64,000 nt of DNA from an uncultured candidate division Zixibacteria bacterium (GTDB taxonomy: Bacteria; Zixibacteria; MSB-5A5; UBA10806), in contig CAWFQL010000011.1 of NCBI GenBank assembly GCA_963817915.1, positions 160,001 to 224,000 on the forward strand. Direction: 5' to 3'. The notes under the pieces were generated by a model. That model did not search any database. It had not been told where the DNA came from and was given only the letters and a program-made list of their open reading frames with translations. Each line of letters starts with the position of its first letter. Position 1 is the stretch's first letter. Shown here piece after piece: positions 1 to 10,432 of the stretch. The position numbers and the translations under genes were made by a program.

Positions 1-1276
1 AATGTTCGTGCTTCAACGAACGCCGGGCTCGATACCATATCAATATTAAGCTGGTTATACGGCGTCAATCTAAATGACTCTGTGGGAACCGCGCCCGAAA
101 GAATACCTGTTACGGTTGAAAGATCGTCGTCTCTTAGGTTAACATCCAGGATTGCAGGGCCGGGCTCGGCATTAGACGGTATCTTGGAACCCGGATCGCA
201 GCTCGAATATCGGGCGACAGTATTCAATGACGGTCAGGCAGCCGTATCAAGCGGCAGCCTTAATCTCAAATGCCCGATCTTGGGACTGGATTCTGTGCGG
301 ACATTTAATGTCGGCGATAATATCGACTGGATTATCACGATGCCGGATACCGAAATAGCTGTACCGTTTCCGATTTGGACAAAAATTTCCAGTGTCCCGA
401 CGGAAGAAAATATTCAAGCGCCTGCAATTACTGCCATAGATTCGTCTTCAATTACCGTGCTCGTAAAAAATCTATTACCCAGACTTATGATTACGAATTC
501 CACCGGCTTTTCCGGCTCGCTTGTCAAAGGACAGACTCTGGATTATTTATCGCTTGAATCTGAAAAATGATGATAGAGGTGGGAGTTATACTATCGGAAT
601 CGCATCCTTTTCATTTGATCTCAATTCAAATCCACCGGTCGATGCATCCCAACTATTCTCGTCATTAATCCTCTCCTCGGATTCAGGATCAGCTACTGCC
701 AATATTGTCGATGGCAATAAAATTGTATTTGCGCTTCCCGATACGATTCACCTCTTGCCAGGCCGCTCGCTGCAATTCACAATGCAATTGGCCATTTCCC
801 CCAATACGACTGTCGGCGATTTTTCCTTTTCGCTTTCAGAAAATGGAATCGCGGCTGTAATGATACAGCACGGCGGTCCGGCAACTCCGATTTCAGTCGT
901 CAATTCCAGAGGAGATCCGTTTACCTGGAGCAGCAGCCCATCGGCTATATTTGAACAGAATTTTTCGGCTTCGGTCTCAAGTTATCCCAATCCATTCAAT
1001 CCAAGGGATGGCGGGGTTAAGATAGGATATTATTTAAGCCAAAATTCATCATTGGAAATAAAAATCTTTACTCTGTTCGGTGAATTGGTTTGGACTAAGA
1101 CTATCACACCTTCCGATCCTCAGGGACAAATGGGTATGCGCACTGAAGATACCGCGGTTCGCTGGGATGGCAAAAATGATTCGGGCCATGAAATCCGTTC
1201 TGGGGTCTATATCTGCATTATCAAAAACCTGACATCAGGCGAGGAGAAAAAATTAAAAATCGCTGTCGTAAAATAA
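1..1276 (+). CDS. Large secreted Ig-like protein with C-terminal FlgD-Ig / T9SS-like sorting domain (5'-partial; +1 frameshift near 551-558)
   Basis: Frame 1 is open from base 1 to 570 and continues in frame 2 (ORF 521-1276). C-terminus SYPNPFNP...IKIFTLFGELV...WDGKNDSG..IRSGVYICII is typical of FlgD-Ig/Por-type CTDs. Removing one base near TCGCTTGAATCTG joins the two ORFs. Confidence 0.75.
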
Positions 1277-3112
1277 TCGCGTTATCCGCGGTTTTTGTAA
1301 TTTCCTGTTTCGGCCTCGCGCTTTCGCAGGGCGATGCCGGTCGCGAATCGCCGTTTATTTTCGGCGCTGGCGGCCGTGGCATGGGGATGGGCCGGGCGTT
1401 TGTGGCCTTGAACGGCGATGCGTCGGCGCCATTCTGGAATCCCGGAGCCGCCGCGACTATCGATCGCGCCGGATTCATGGTATTTCACACATCTTTGTTC
1501 ATGGGGACTAATTACGACTGTTTTTCATTGTCTTATCCTTTTGAGACTCATGGAGTGGTCTCAATCTTTGCCGGACGACTCTCGACCGGCGATATTCAAG
1601 CACGGGACGAATTCAATCGCCTGATCAGGTCGTTTACATCTGCGGAAAATCAATTTGGGATCGGCTTCGGGCGAAATATAGCATACGGTTTTTATGCGGG
1701 AATGTCGCTCAAGGCCGCTTCGATGGAAATAAATTCAATCTCCGGATATGGTTTCGGTGCCGATGTCGGTTTGCAATTCAAACCTCATTATGTAAAAGGA
1801 TTGACTGCCGGGCTGAGCATAAACGATATCATAAAGCCCTCAATAAAATTATCTTCGGTAAGCGATCGATACCAGACTGTCTCGCGTTTCGGGCTATCAT
1901 ATACGCACGGCATTTTGAAAAATATGGAATCAACATTGGCATTACAGTATGAGACGGTCAAAGACCGAAAATCAATAACACGGGCCGGAATTGAAATGGC
2001 ATTTTATGATCATTATTTTCTGCGCGCCGGCATAGATGATTCCAGACCGACATTTGGCGCCGGCATAGATTATAATGATTTTGTGGTTCTGGATTATGCT
2101 TATGAGAATATCGAATTCTTCGGCTCCAGTCACCGAATTTCGCTGGCATTTTCTTTCGGCAAATCAATTGCCCGTTCGCGCGAGGAAGCCCGAGCTCGGA
2201 TTATACAGGACGAAAAAGAAACCTGGCAAAAAGAAGTCGAAAGCCAAAGAAAAATGGAATATAGGTCTTTTCTCGATAATGCTGATAGCCTTCGCCGGGC
2301 CGGCAAATTGGAGGACGCGCTTGGATATTACGAGCGAGCCCTGGCCATTGATAGCACTTCTCGACGTGCCAAAGCCTCCAGCGATAGCGTGATGAGCGAT
2401 ATAATTGCTCAAAGCATTTCAGTTACCCAGGACAAAAAACGGGAAGAGCTTATTTCCAATAGAATCGAGCTGGCGTTGCGGTCGTTGCGAGCCGGTCAGT
2501 ACAATGATGCGATTGCTCAATATCAAATGGTACTGGAGATCGAACCCAGCAATCCCACAGTTGTTGACCTGCTTCAATCGGCACGACAGATGCTCCAGAC
2601 TGAGATTAATAGCGTAAAATCGAAAGCTCAAGCTTCTCAGTCAGCAGGCGATTATGCCAATGCACTTGCTGGAATGGAAGAGACTTAACGATATTGCTCC
2701 GGCTGATAGCGAGGCATTGAGGGGGATAAATATCGCCAAAGGCCAATTGAAAGTCGATGGTCTTGTGGCCACAGCTGTCAACTCGATGAGAAATGGTGAA
2801 TATGCGAATGCGCTTACTTATCTTCAACAAGCGCAGTCACTTAGGCCGAACGATAAGTCTATCGGTTCACTGCTTGCGGAGGCCAAGGCAAAATCCGCGC
2901 CGCCCACGACGCTAAATGATATAAAGGCATCAAAAGAAAATTGGTCTATATATCTTAACGGTCTGGAACAGTATCAATCAGGAAAGTATTCTAAAGCCCT
3001 GGAAAATTGGGAATCGTTGCGAGAATTCTATCCCAATAATCCCGAGCTTGAGAAAAACATCAGCCAGGCCAAGAGCCGTCTTCAAACCGAGGGCGGAGCC
3101 CCCAAAGATTAG
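1252..3112 (+). CDS. PorV/PorQ (UPF0164)-family outer-membrane beta-barrel fused to C-terminal TPR repeats (probable non-ATG start; +1 frameshift near 2665-2673)
   Basis: GAGGRGMGMGRAFVALNGDASAPFWNPGA motif, beta-strand pattern ending HRISLAFSFG, then TPRs. ORFs 1381-2688 and 2654-3112 join as ...DYANALAEWKRLND. An in-frame signal-peptide-like stretch lies upstream of 1381. Confidence 0.75.
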
Positions 3113-3114
3113 CC

Positions 3115-3143
3115 TTTACAGATTCTTTTTGCTGAATTACTAT
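3115..3143 (+). promoter_or_regulatory. sigma70-type promoter for the signalling/EPS operon
   Basis: TTTACA-N17-TACTAT just upstream of the ATG at 3168. Confidence 0.55.
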
Positions 3144-3167
3144 TTGATGTCTGGAGCGCCTTGATTT

Positions 3168-6113
3168 ATGGGAAAAAAACCAATTAAAGAAGTATTCATG
3201 AGCTTCGCTGCCGAGGAATCCCAAATGGAGGATATCCGAAGCAGCATTCGCGATGTATTGGCCGATTCCGACCTTACAACGAAAGACGTTAATAGTGTTC
3301 TTCTGGCTCTTGAGGAAGGCTGTACCAATGTTATTCGTCATGCATATCTCTATGGCCCTGGCACCATTCGAATTAAGGTAAAGCTTTACCCTGGCAAGGT
3401 TCAATTTTCGATATTTGATCGTGGCCGGGCGTTCGACTTTGACCATTCCGATGTGCCTAATTTGGATCGCTATGTCAAAACGGGACGCAAAGGCGGTTTG
3501 GGGCTTTATCTTATTCGCAAGATGATGGATTCTGTCGATTATCATTCCCGCGATGGCGAAAATGAACTTCGAATGGAAAAAATATCCGATAAAACCAGCT
3601 CGCGATCGATTCGCATTCCAGGTTTCTCAATCCGTGTAAAATTCGCCTTATGGGCATCGCTTGTGGTATTTATGATTGTTGCGGGTGTCTTTTACTATTT
3701 TGATAATCGCGGCCGAAAAAATGCCAGAGAACGATTCTTCGATGGCTCCACGAACGCGATGGAAACATTCGTATCGGATATTGGGGATAAAATCTTATTG
3801 AGGGATTTGGATCTTAATAAATCCGCGGCGTCCTGGCTCGACGCCAACAAAAATCTGTTTTCGTTTATCGTGGTGACAGATACCGGAGGGATTATTATTG
3901 CCGATCCGGAAAGCCCTTCGCTTTTCCTTTCTGCATTTCGCGGAATTGACAGCGGAGATTATAATACTGATATCGCGGTGAAAGACAGCCTGAACAACAA
4001 AATCTTTTATTACAAAAGAGCAGCCAGGATTAATGATCAAACTGTCGGCTACGCTTATTTCGGATTAAGAGAAAGTCCTTTGAAATCCGAATTATCTCAA
4101 ACGCGTACCGGCCTGCTGTTGATTGCATTTGCGGGCCTGTTTGTAGGTTTCATGGCAGTCTATGCCTTGTCCAACTACTTTGTGAAGCCTATTCAAAAAC
4201 TGACCGAAGGCGTACTTAGATTTGGCGAGGGTAATTTAGATCAATCACTGCCGGTGGATGGTTCGGATGAATTTTCGGAGATTGCCCGGGCCTTTAATGA
4301 AATCACAGGCAAATTCAAAAAGGCGCAAGAGAATGTTGTCGAGCAGGAGCGATTGCAAAAAGAAATGCAGGTCGCTCAGGAAATTCAGCATACACTGCTT
4401 CCGCGCACTTTCCCCGATATCGAAGGTTATGATATTGCTACAGTTTACAGGGCCGCCAAAGATGTAGGCGGTGATTATTTTGATTTCGTCAGAATCGATG
4501 AAAACACGCTCGGAATTATCGTCGCCGATGTGTCCGGAAAGGGTATTCCCGGTTCATTGGTTATGACGATGATTCGAACCGCTTTGAGAATGGAAGCGAG
4601 AGGCAATTTCTCCCCCATAGATATTCTTTCGAGAGTAAATAATTTCGTTGCCGATGATGTCAAGAAGGGCATGTTCATTACCATATTTTTCATAATGCTC
4701 AATTCTGAGAGTCGGGCGATATCGTTCTCATCGGCTGGCCACAATCCCATGATTCTTTATCGCAAAGAATCGAATTCTTGCTATTTCCTGAATCCTCGCG
4801 GAATGCCGCTGGGGATAAGTCTCCCTGACGGTGTCAGTTTCGAGAAATCCTTGGAATCAGATAAAGTACAATTGAAAAAAGATGATATGTTGATTGTCTA
4901 TACCGATGGCATAACCGAAGCCATGAACAAGCTCGGTGAGCAATTCGGCAATGATAGGCTGATTCAATTCATAAGAGACAATTCAGATCTTCATCCCAAG
5001 GATTTTGCCAGCAAGCTGGATTTCGAAATCAATAAGTTTACTGGCGGCGCGCCTCAAAATGATGATATCACGTTAGTCGTTATTAAAGAAAAATTGATGC
5101 TCGACGAGGTAATATTCCAGAAACGAAGACGGCTTATAGAGATGGTAGAAAAAGAAGGCGTTCCTCTTGAAGAAGCCTGCACTCAAATGGGAGTATCGAC
5201 CTCGACCTATTATAAATATCTTCGCAGATGGCAAAAATTAGGCGATATGGGTTTATTGAATAAGAAGCTTCGCGCCGAGACCAATATAAAGCAAATTTCA
5301 ACCGAAGTCCGCAAGGAAATCTTGAAGATTGTCAGGGAAGATCCCGAGCTCGGAGGCAAAAGAATTCTTCAAAAGCTTTCGGAATTGGGAATTCAGAATA
5401 TTGATATTCGAGGGCTGTATCTTGAACTCGTAAGAATGCGCCTTAATACCAAAAAACTCAGATTAGAATATGTCGAGCGGGTTGGCGGTTCCACTCCTGA
5501 AATTCGGGCTGAACTCGAAAAAGAAATCCTCAAAGAGGTCAGCAAGAAAGAAGAATTCGATAGAGTTGAGTATATCGAAACTATTAAAAAGAATCTTGAT
5601 CAGAAAAAAGAACAGCTCGGAACGTCGGCCAGGGGGCTTGTCAGCAAGCTTCAGCAAATGGAGCCTGTTCTTGGTGATGCCAGCCTCTATGGTGAAATCG
5701 CCGCTGAACTTGGCAAACTGGGCGAGGGGGAGGATATCGCCAAATTATTTGAGAATCTAATCCTCAAAATGGCGTATAAGAATAAGGGTATCGAGAAATC
5801 ATCAGAGACAGAAATTCCTGCGCCAGCGACAATAAAGCCCATGCCCGATTTGTCCGCAGAAACACCCGTAACGGCAGGCATCGTTTCGGAAGAGGACTCA
5901 ATACCGAAAATAGCACCCAACGATAGTAATTCGGAAATAGCAATCAAGCCGGAAACCGTTGCTCCAATTCAGCCGTTACCCGAGCAGGAAAATACCCCAA
6001 TCGACGTAATTGAAAATGCCAGCAAGCCTCAAATTGATGAAGAAAAAAAGGATGAAGAATTGGATTGGGATGATTATGGTAAGAAGCTTGTTGAAAAATT
6101 TAAGAAAGAATGA
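3168..6113 (+). CDS. Fused RsbW-like Ser/Thr kinase - 2TM sensor - HAMP - SpoIIE/PP2C phosphatase - HTH protein
   Basis: N-term HATPase_c_2 (EEGCTNVIRHAY, DRG, GGLGLYLIRKMMD), two TM helices, HAMP (PIQKL..DEFSEIARAFN), PP2C (VGGDYFD, ADVSGKG, YTDGITEA, QNDDIT), HTH region and acidic tail. Confidence 0.9.
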   Translation: MGKKPIKEVFMSFAAEESQMEDIRSSIRDVLADSDLTTKDVNSVLLALEEGCTNVIRHAYLYGPGTIRIKVKLYPGKVQFSIFDRGRAFDFDHSDVPNLDRYVKTGRKGGLGLYLIRKMMDSVDYHSRDGENELRMEKISDKTSSRSIRIPGFSIRVKFALWASLVVFMIVAGVFYYFDNRGRKNARERFFDGSTNAMETFVSDIGDKILLRDLDLNKSAASWLDANKNLFSFIVVTDTGGIIIADPESPSLFLSAFRGIDSGDYNTDIAVKDSLNNKIFYYKRAARINDQTVGYAYFGLRESPLKSELSQTRTGLLLIAFAGLFVGFMAVYALSNYFVKPIQKLTEGVLRFGEGNLDQSLPVDGSDEFSEIARAFNEITGKFKKAQENVVEQERLQKEMQVAQEIQHTLLPRTFPDIEGYDIATVYRAAKDVGGDYFDFVRIDENTLGIIVADVSGKGIPGSLVMTMIRTALRMEARGNFSPIDILSRVNNFVADDVKKGMFITIFFIMLNSESRAISFSSAGHNPMILYRKESNSCYFLNPRGMPLGISLPDGVSFEKSLESDKVQLKKDDMLIVYTDGITEAMNKLGEQFGNDRLIQFIRDNSDLHPKDFASKLDFEINKFTGGAPQNDDITLVVIKEKLMLDEVIFQKRRRLIEMVEKEGVPLEEACTQMGVSTSTYYKYLRRWQKLGDMGLLNKKLRAETNIKQISTEVRKEILKIVREDPELGGKRILQKLSELGIQNIDIRGLYLELVRMRLNTKKLRLEYVERVGGSTPEIRAELEKEILKEVSKKEEFDRVEYIETIKKNLDQKKEQLGTSARGLVSKLQQMEPVLGDASLYGEIAAELGKLGEGEDIAKLFENLILKMAYKNKGIEKSSETEIPAPATIKPMPDLSAETPVTAGIVSEEDSIPKIAPNDSNSEIAIKPETVAPIQPLPEQENTPIDVIENASKPQIDEEKKDEELDWDDYGKKLVEKFKKE

Positions 6114-6856
6114 TTAAACTCGCTATCCTGACATCCAAAGGCGGGACAGGGAAGACTACTACCGCTATTAACCTTGGACATGGTCTGGCTTTATCCGGGA
6201 AGAAGGTGTTGTTAGTCGATTGCGATCCGCAGGGGTCAACATCGGCGGCTTTTGGTGTTGATGGCGAAAGGGGACTTTCGAATTTATTAACGGATGGTAA
6301 AGTCGATATTTATCAGGTTAGACCAAGGCTCTTTTTATTGCCGTCGGGCAAGAAACGTTTGGCTGACCTTGAGATGACATTAGCCACTATGGACGATAAA
6401 GAATACAGAATCAGCAACGCCCTGGGAAGGCTTTCGGGAAGCGATTGGGTTATTTTAGATTGCTCTCCGTCAATAAATATAATAAATTTAAATGCTTTAG
6501 GGTTTGCGGAACATCTCCTGATTCCAGCATCACTGGATTTTTTTTCGCTGGAGGGAGTTAAATCCACGATGGAATTGGCTAAAGAGATTACGGCAAAAGG
6601 AAAGGGAATGCTTGAGATTCTCGGAGTATTGCCGACATTTTATGATAGAAGGACTATTATTTCGAGGCTGGCTTTAGATGAACTGCGGAATAGCTACGGC
6701 CCGCTCGTATTTAATACTGAAATAAGATTGAATGCCGAGATAAAGAAATCGCAATGGTACAGGCAAACCGTTTTTGAATATGCCCCATTTTCTCATGGAG
6801 CTTATGATTATTATAAATTATCGAAAGAGGTCCAGGAAAGATTGGAGACGAAATAA
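6110..6856 (+). CDS. ParA/Soj-family ATPase (orphan, no parB)
   Basis: Deviant Walker A KGGTGKTT, LVDCDPQG, ILDCSPS, YDRRT. Confidence 0.92.
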   Translation: MIKLAILTSKGGTGKTTTAINLGHGLALSGKKVLLVDCDPQGSTSAAFGVDGERGLSNLLTDGKVDIYQVRPRLFLLPSGKKRLADLEMTLATMDDKEYRISNALGRLSGSDWVILDCSPSINIINLNALGFAEHLLIPASLDFFSLEGVKSTMELAKEITAKGKGMLEILGVLPTFYDRRTIISRLALDELRNSYGPLVFNTEIRLNAEIKKSQWYRQTVFEYAPFSHGAYDYYKLSKEVQERLETK

Positions 6857-6858
6857 AT

Positions 6859-7581
6859 ATGAGTGATATAAAAATATCTTTAGACAGCGCGGGTCCCAAG
6901 GGAGAAATTTCAGTAGTCAGGGTCGACGGGGTCATTGATACCATGACTTCCAGCGACCTCGAAAAAGTAATGAATTCTCTTCTTGAGAGGGGCAAATATT
7001 ATATCGTAATCGATCTCGGCGGGGTAGATTATATATCATCAGCGGGATGGGGTATATTTATTTCGAATATAAGAGAAATCCGCCAGCATTCTGGCGATAT
7101 CAAGCTGGCTCGTATGATTCCCAATGTGTACGAGATATTTGAGCTGTTGGAATTCGATAGCATTCTTAAAGCTTTTGACAGCGTCGAAAAGGCCAAATCG
7201 GATTTTAGCTTCATCAAAAGAAATGGCGCCGACTCCGGCGAAAGAGTGCCCGTAGAGGTTGCGGTTGCGGCGCTGGATTCCGCGGAACCTACTCAGAAGA
7301 TTAAAGAAGTGGCGAATCCGTCAACGAATCTGCAAGATGCTCCCAAACAGCTTTCGCAGTTAGAAAAGAAATCAACCGCTCCCGGGCTTCAGGAAATAGT
7401 TGTTGAGATGGTCATAAAGGACCCCTTCTTTTCGATATCAGAAATTAAAACCGAAATCGCCAGAAAATATCCGACCGCCCAATCTGGTTGGTGGCAGATT
7501 TGGAATGTTTTGCGTCAAAATCGCCTCTTAAGCAAGAAAAGCCGTTTTCGCCTGTCACGTTTTAAGAGCGGAGTTCGATAA
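6859..7581 (+). CDS. STAS anti-sigma-factor antagonist with C-terminal HTH-like domain
   Basis: VRVDGVID, VDYISSAGWG phospho-Ser motif, YEIFELLEF, linker, then a helical basic C-terminal domain. Confidence 0.88.
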   Translation: MSDIKISLDSAGPKGEISVVRVDGVIDTMTSSDLEKVMNSLLERGKYYIVIDLGGVDYISSAGWGIFISNIREIRQHSGDIKLARMIPNVYEIFELLEFDSILKAFDSVEKAKSDFSFIKRNGADSGERVPVEVAVAALDSAEPTQKIKEVANPSTNLQDAPKQLSQLEKKSTAPGLQEIVVEMVIKDPFFSISEIKTEIARKYPTAQSGWWQIWNVLRQNRLLSKKSRFRLSRFKSGVR

Positions 7582-7584
7582 TTA

Positions 7585-9429
7585 ATGATCAATAAGCCAA
7601 AGGCGTGGCCCTTTATAGTAATTTCATTGATGCTGGCCGGCATAGTAATAGCATCAGGGTTTTTCTTGAAAAACCTTAATGCAAGAATATCTATTTATCT
7701 GGCAGGAATATTGATATTGGGGTATTTGATCTATTCATATATCCGTGCCTCCTGGAAGGCCGCCATCATCGAAAAATTAATCAATACAGATTCAAATGAT
7801 AAGGATACCCTGGCCAATTCATTGCTTTCGGAGATAATCGCATCAGGTATTCAGAAAAAATCGATTCAGCAAGCGGCATCGGAAATCATAAAATCAAAAT
7901 TTGGCATCGATAAATTCGTAATTTATTTTCGCGATGACGATAAATTAATTCCTCGAATATATTCAAATGTTAATATTAAAAATCTGGGATATCTGAACAC
8001 CGATAAAATTAAAAAATACCTGGGTTCAAATATGGATTCCGGAATAATATTTAAGAATGACACCTTATTTCACGCCGCTGCAAAAAATAATGATAATGAT
8101 GAATTCGAATCCTATAATATTTTTGCTTTTTCCTGGGGCAAAGGCGGATTAATTCTGATAATTTTCGATGATACCATTGGGCATTTTACCGAAATATTAA
8201 AAAATGCCGACATGAACAAAATGCTTTGGCCGGGTTTGGATTATACATTAAGAGTCCATTTCGATCTCAAGGAAAATGCCGCCGATCTAAAGCAAAATCG
8301 AATAGAATTGGGTCGCGCGAAGAAAGAATTGATTGAATTGAATAAAGAACTCAACAAGAAGATGCTCGATGTCCAGTCGTTCGTCAAGATATCAAACGAT
8401 CTTTATTCACTATTCAATGAAGATCAGCTATTCCCTACATTGAAAAACACGATTAGCAATCAACTTGGGGCGACTAAAGTCGAAATCTTAAAGCCATCCG
8501 GCGACGGGACTTTCAAATTATCCGCCGAAGCTACGGGCAATTCCAATTCGGGATTTGAACTTATATTAGACAGTGAATCGGCTCTATTGAAATTATTGCA
8601 AAAAAGCGCCAAACCACTTTTAATGCCGCTGGTAGGCTCAGGATTAAGCCCCAAAGAACCATTTCTCGACGCGGCAGCCCAGGCCGGTTTTCAGATAGCC
8701 TCGCCAATAAAGGTCAGCGGCCGAATTGAATGCATTATTTTAGTGGGCGAAAAGAAGGATAAAGGACAATATCTAAACCAGGATATAGATTCATTTTATA
8801 GTATCAGTAATATTGCCTCGCTGGCATTGGAAAATATAAAACAGTATTCAACAATAGAGAAACTTTCATATACTGACAGCATGACGGGTATTTATAACTA
8901 TCGCTATTTCTATAAACGTCTCAGCGAGGAAATTCTGAGAGCTCAAAGATACAACCGTGAAATCGCATTGGTAATCATGGATATCGATAATTTCAAAACT
9001 TTTAATGATAATTTTGGCCATCAGGCCGGAGATATGGTATTAAAACAATTGTCGGAGCTGATAACTCGGACGATAAGGTCAATTGATGTTGTCAGCCGCT
9101 ATGGAGGCGAGGAATTCTGTATTATCATGCCGGATACGGGGACTGCCAATTGCAGTATTTTTATCGAACGTTTAAGAGCCGAAATTGCGGGTTTTAAATT
9201 TGAATCGGAGGCGTCCCATATTAATTCAATAACAGTTTCAGTCGGGGGAGCGGTCTACCCATATCACGGGACTAATCCCGACCGATTGATATATTGTTCT
9301 GATATGGCATTATTGAAAGCAAAATCGTCGGGCAGGAACCGCGCGTTGATGTATAGCGTAAATAGTGATGATAAAGGGGATTTAATGTCTGGGAGGTCAG
9401 ATGTCGCTAAAAGGGAATATACAGAATAG
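7585..9429 (+). CDS. Membrane-anchored GAF-GGDEF diguanylate cyclase
   Basis: Two N-terminal TM helices, coiled coil, GAF, TDSMTG, DIDNFK, RSID I-site, SRYGGEEF. Confidence 0.92.
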   Translation: MINKPKAWPFIVISLMLAGIVIASGFFLKNLNARISIYLAGILILGYLIYSYIRASWKAAIIEKLINTDSNDKDTLANSLLSEIIASGIQKKSIQQAASEIIKSKFGIDKFVIYFRDDDKLIPRIYSNVNIKNLGYLNTDKIKKYLGSNMDSGIIFKNDTLFHAAAKNNDNDEFESYNIFAFSWGKGGLILIIFDDTIGHFTEILKNADMNKMLWPGLDYTLRVHFDLKENAADLKQNRIELGRAKKELIELNKELNKKMLDVQSFVKISNDLYSLFNEDQLFPTLKNTISNQLGATKVEILKPSGDGTFKLSAEATGNSNSGFELILDSESALLKLLQKSAKPLLMPLVGSGLSPKEPFLDAAAQAGFQIASPIKVSGRIECIILVGEKKDKGQYLNQDIDSFYSISNIASLALENIKQYSTIEKLSYTDSMTGIYNYRYFYKRLSEEILRAQRYNREIALVIMDIDNFKTFNDNFGHQAGDMVLKQLSELITRTIRSIDVVSRYGGEEFCIIMPDTGTANCSIFIERLRAEIAGFKFESEASHINSITVSVGGAVYPYHGTNPDRLIYCSDMALLKAKSSGRNRALMYSVNSDDKGDLMSGRSDVAKREYTE

Positions 9430-10429
9430 TCTTATGGTTAGCCCAAAAATTAATTGTACTTCTCGAATTGTGCTAATATTTGCTATTTTGTTCATTTCGG
9501 CTAACGCGCAGGATAAGGATACTTATATTATTGGTCCGACGGACAGATTAGCCATATCATTCTGGCAGCAGCCCGATTTAAATACAACAGTTCGAGTCAG
9601 TGATAATGGAAATATAACCTTGCCGGTAATAGGGGAGATCAGGGCTGCGGGACTGACCACCGCGGAATTATCAAAAAAAATTGTAGAGCAAATGGTGTTT
9701 TATAATAGTCCTGTATCACAGGCGACAATAGCAGTCACTGAGTATAATTCCCGGACAGTGGTTGTCACCGGGCAGGTATTGACCCCCGGAAGCCATAGCT
9801 ATGAAAAAATACCTGATATCTGGAAAGTCATTCTCGATTCTGGAGGGCCCACATCTCAGGCGAATCTTTCCGGTGTCACGATTGTACGGAAGGATGGCGA
9901 AAAGACTGATGTAATTGATGTCGATTTGTATAAAATAATCAAAGATGGTGATTTATCGAAGGCTCCTCCACTCAAACCGGGTGATTTGGTCAATATTCCT
10001 GTTTCACCATATGGGTCGGCGGTTGAGCTTGCCGGAACGCCTCAAGCTGAACGGAAAAATATCTATTTTGTTTTTGGAAGGGTTACAACTCCCGGGGCCA
10101 GGGACCTTCAAGAGGGTATCGATATAATGGATGCCATCACGCTGGCCGGTGGACCTCTTGCGGATGCTGATTTGAGAAATATCAGAGTAATTATGAAAGA
10201 CGCCGGGCCGTCGAATATAGTCAAAATTGATCTCGAAAATTATATTGATAAGGGAACTCCTTCTCGTTTTTTGCTTCGTGCTGAAGACACCGTGGTTATT
10301 CCACTGCGTAGGGACGGCACTTTCACAAATATTACGAATAGGCTTGCTACGGTTGTACCAATCATTACCGCCATAGGGACATTGATATTATTATACTATA
10401 ATATTCAAGAGATAAATAGGAGACGTTAG
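9401..10429 (+). CDS. Polysaccharide export protein, Wza/SLBB family
   Basis: YIIGPTDRL, GNITLPVIGEIRAAGLT Poly_export motif and two SLBB repeats; start may be 9434. Confidence 0.88.
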   Translation: MSLKGNIQNSLMVSPKINCTSRIVLIFAILFISANAQDKDTYIIGPTDRLAISFWQQPDLNTTVRVSDNGNITLPVIGEIRAAGLTTAELSKKIVEQMVFYNSPVSQATIAVTEYNSRTVVVTGQVLTPGSHSYEKIPDIWKVILDSGGPTSQANLSGVTIVRKDGEKTDVIDVDLYKIIKDGDLSKAPPLKPGDLVNIPVSPYGSAVELAGTPQAERKNIYFVFGRVTTPGARDLQEGIDIMDAITLAGGPLADADLRNIRVIMKDAGPSNIVKIDLENYIDKGTPSRFLLRAEDTVVIPLRRDGTFTNITNRLATVVPIITAIGTLILLYYNIQEINRRR

Positions 10430-10432
10430 AGC

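Noticed and set aside
2654..2688. Programmed ribosomal frameshift (also at ~555 and ~23125)
   Set aside because: No slippery heptamer or downstream structure seen, and these families are not known to recode.
5104..5472. Insertion sequence (IS481/IS630) inside the phosphatase gene
   Set aside because: Only the HTH-like part is present, in frame, with no DDE domain, terminal repeats or target duplication.
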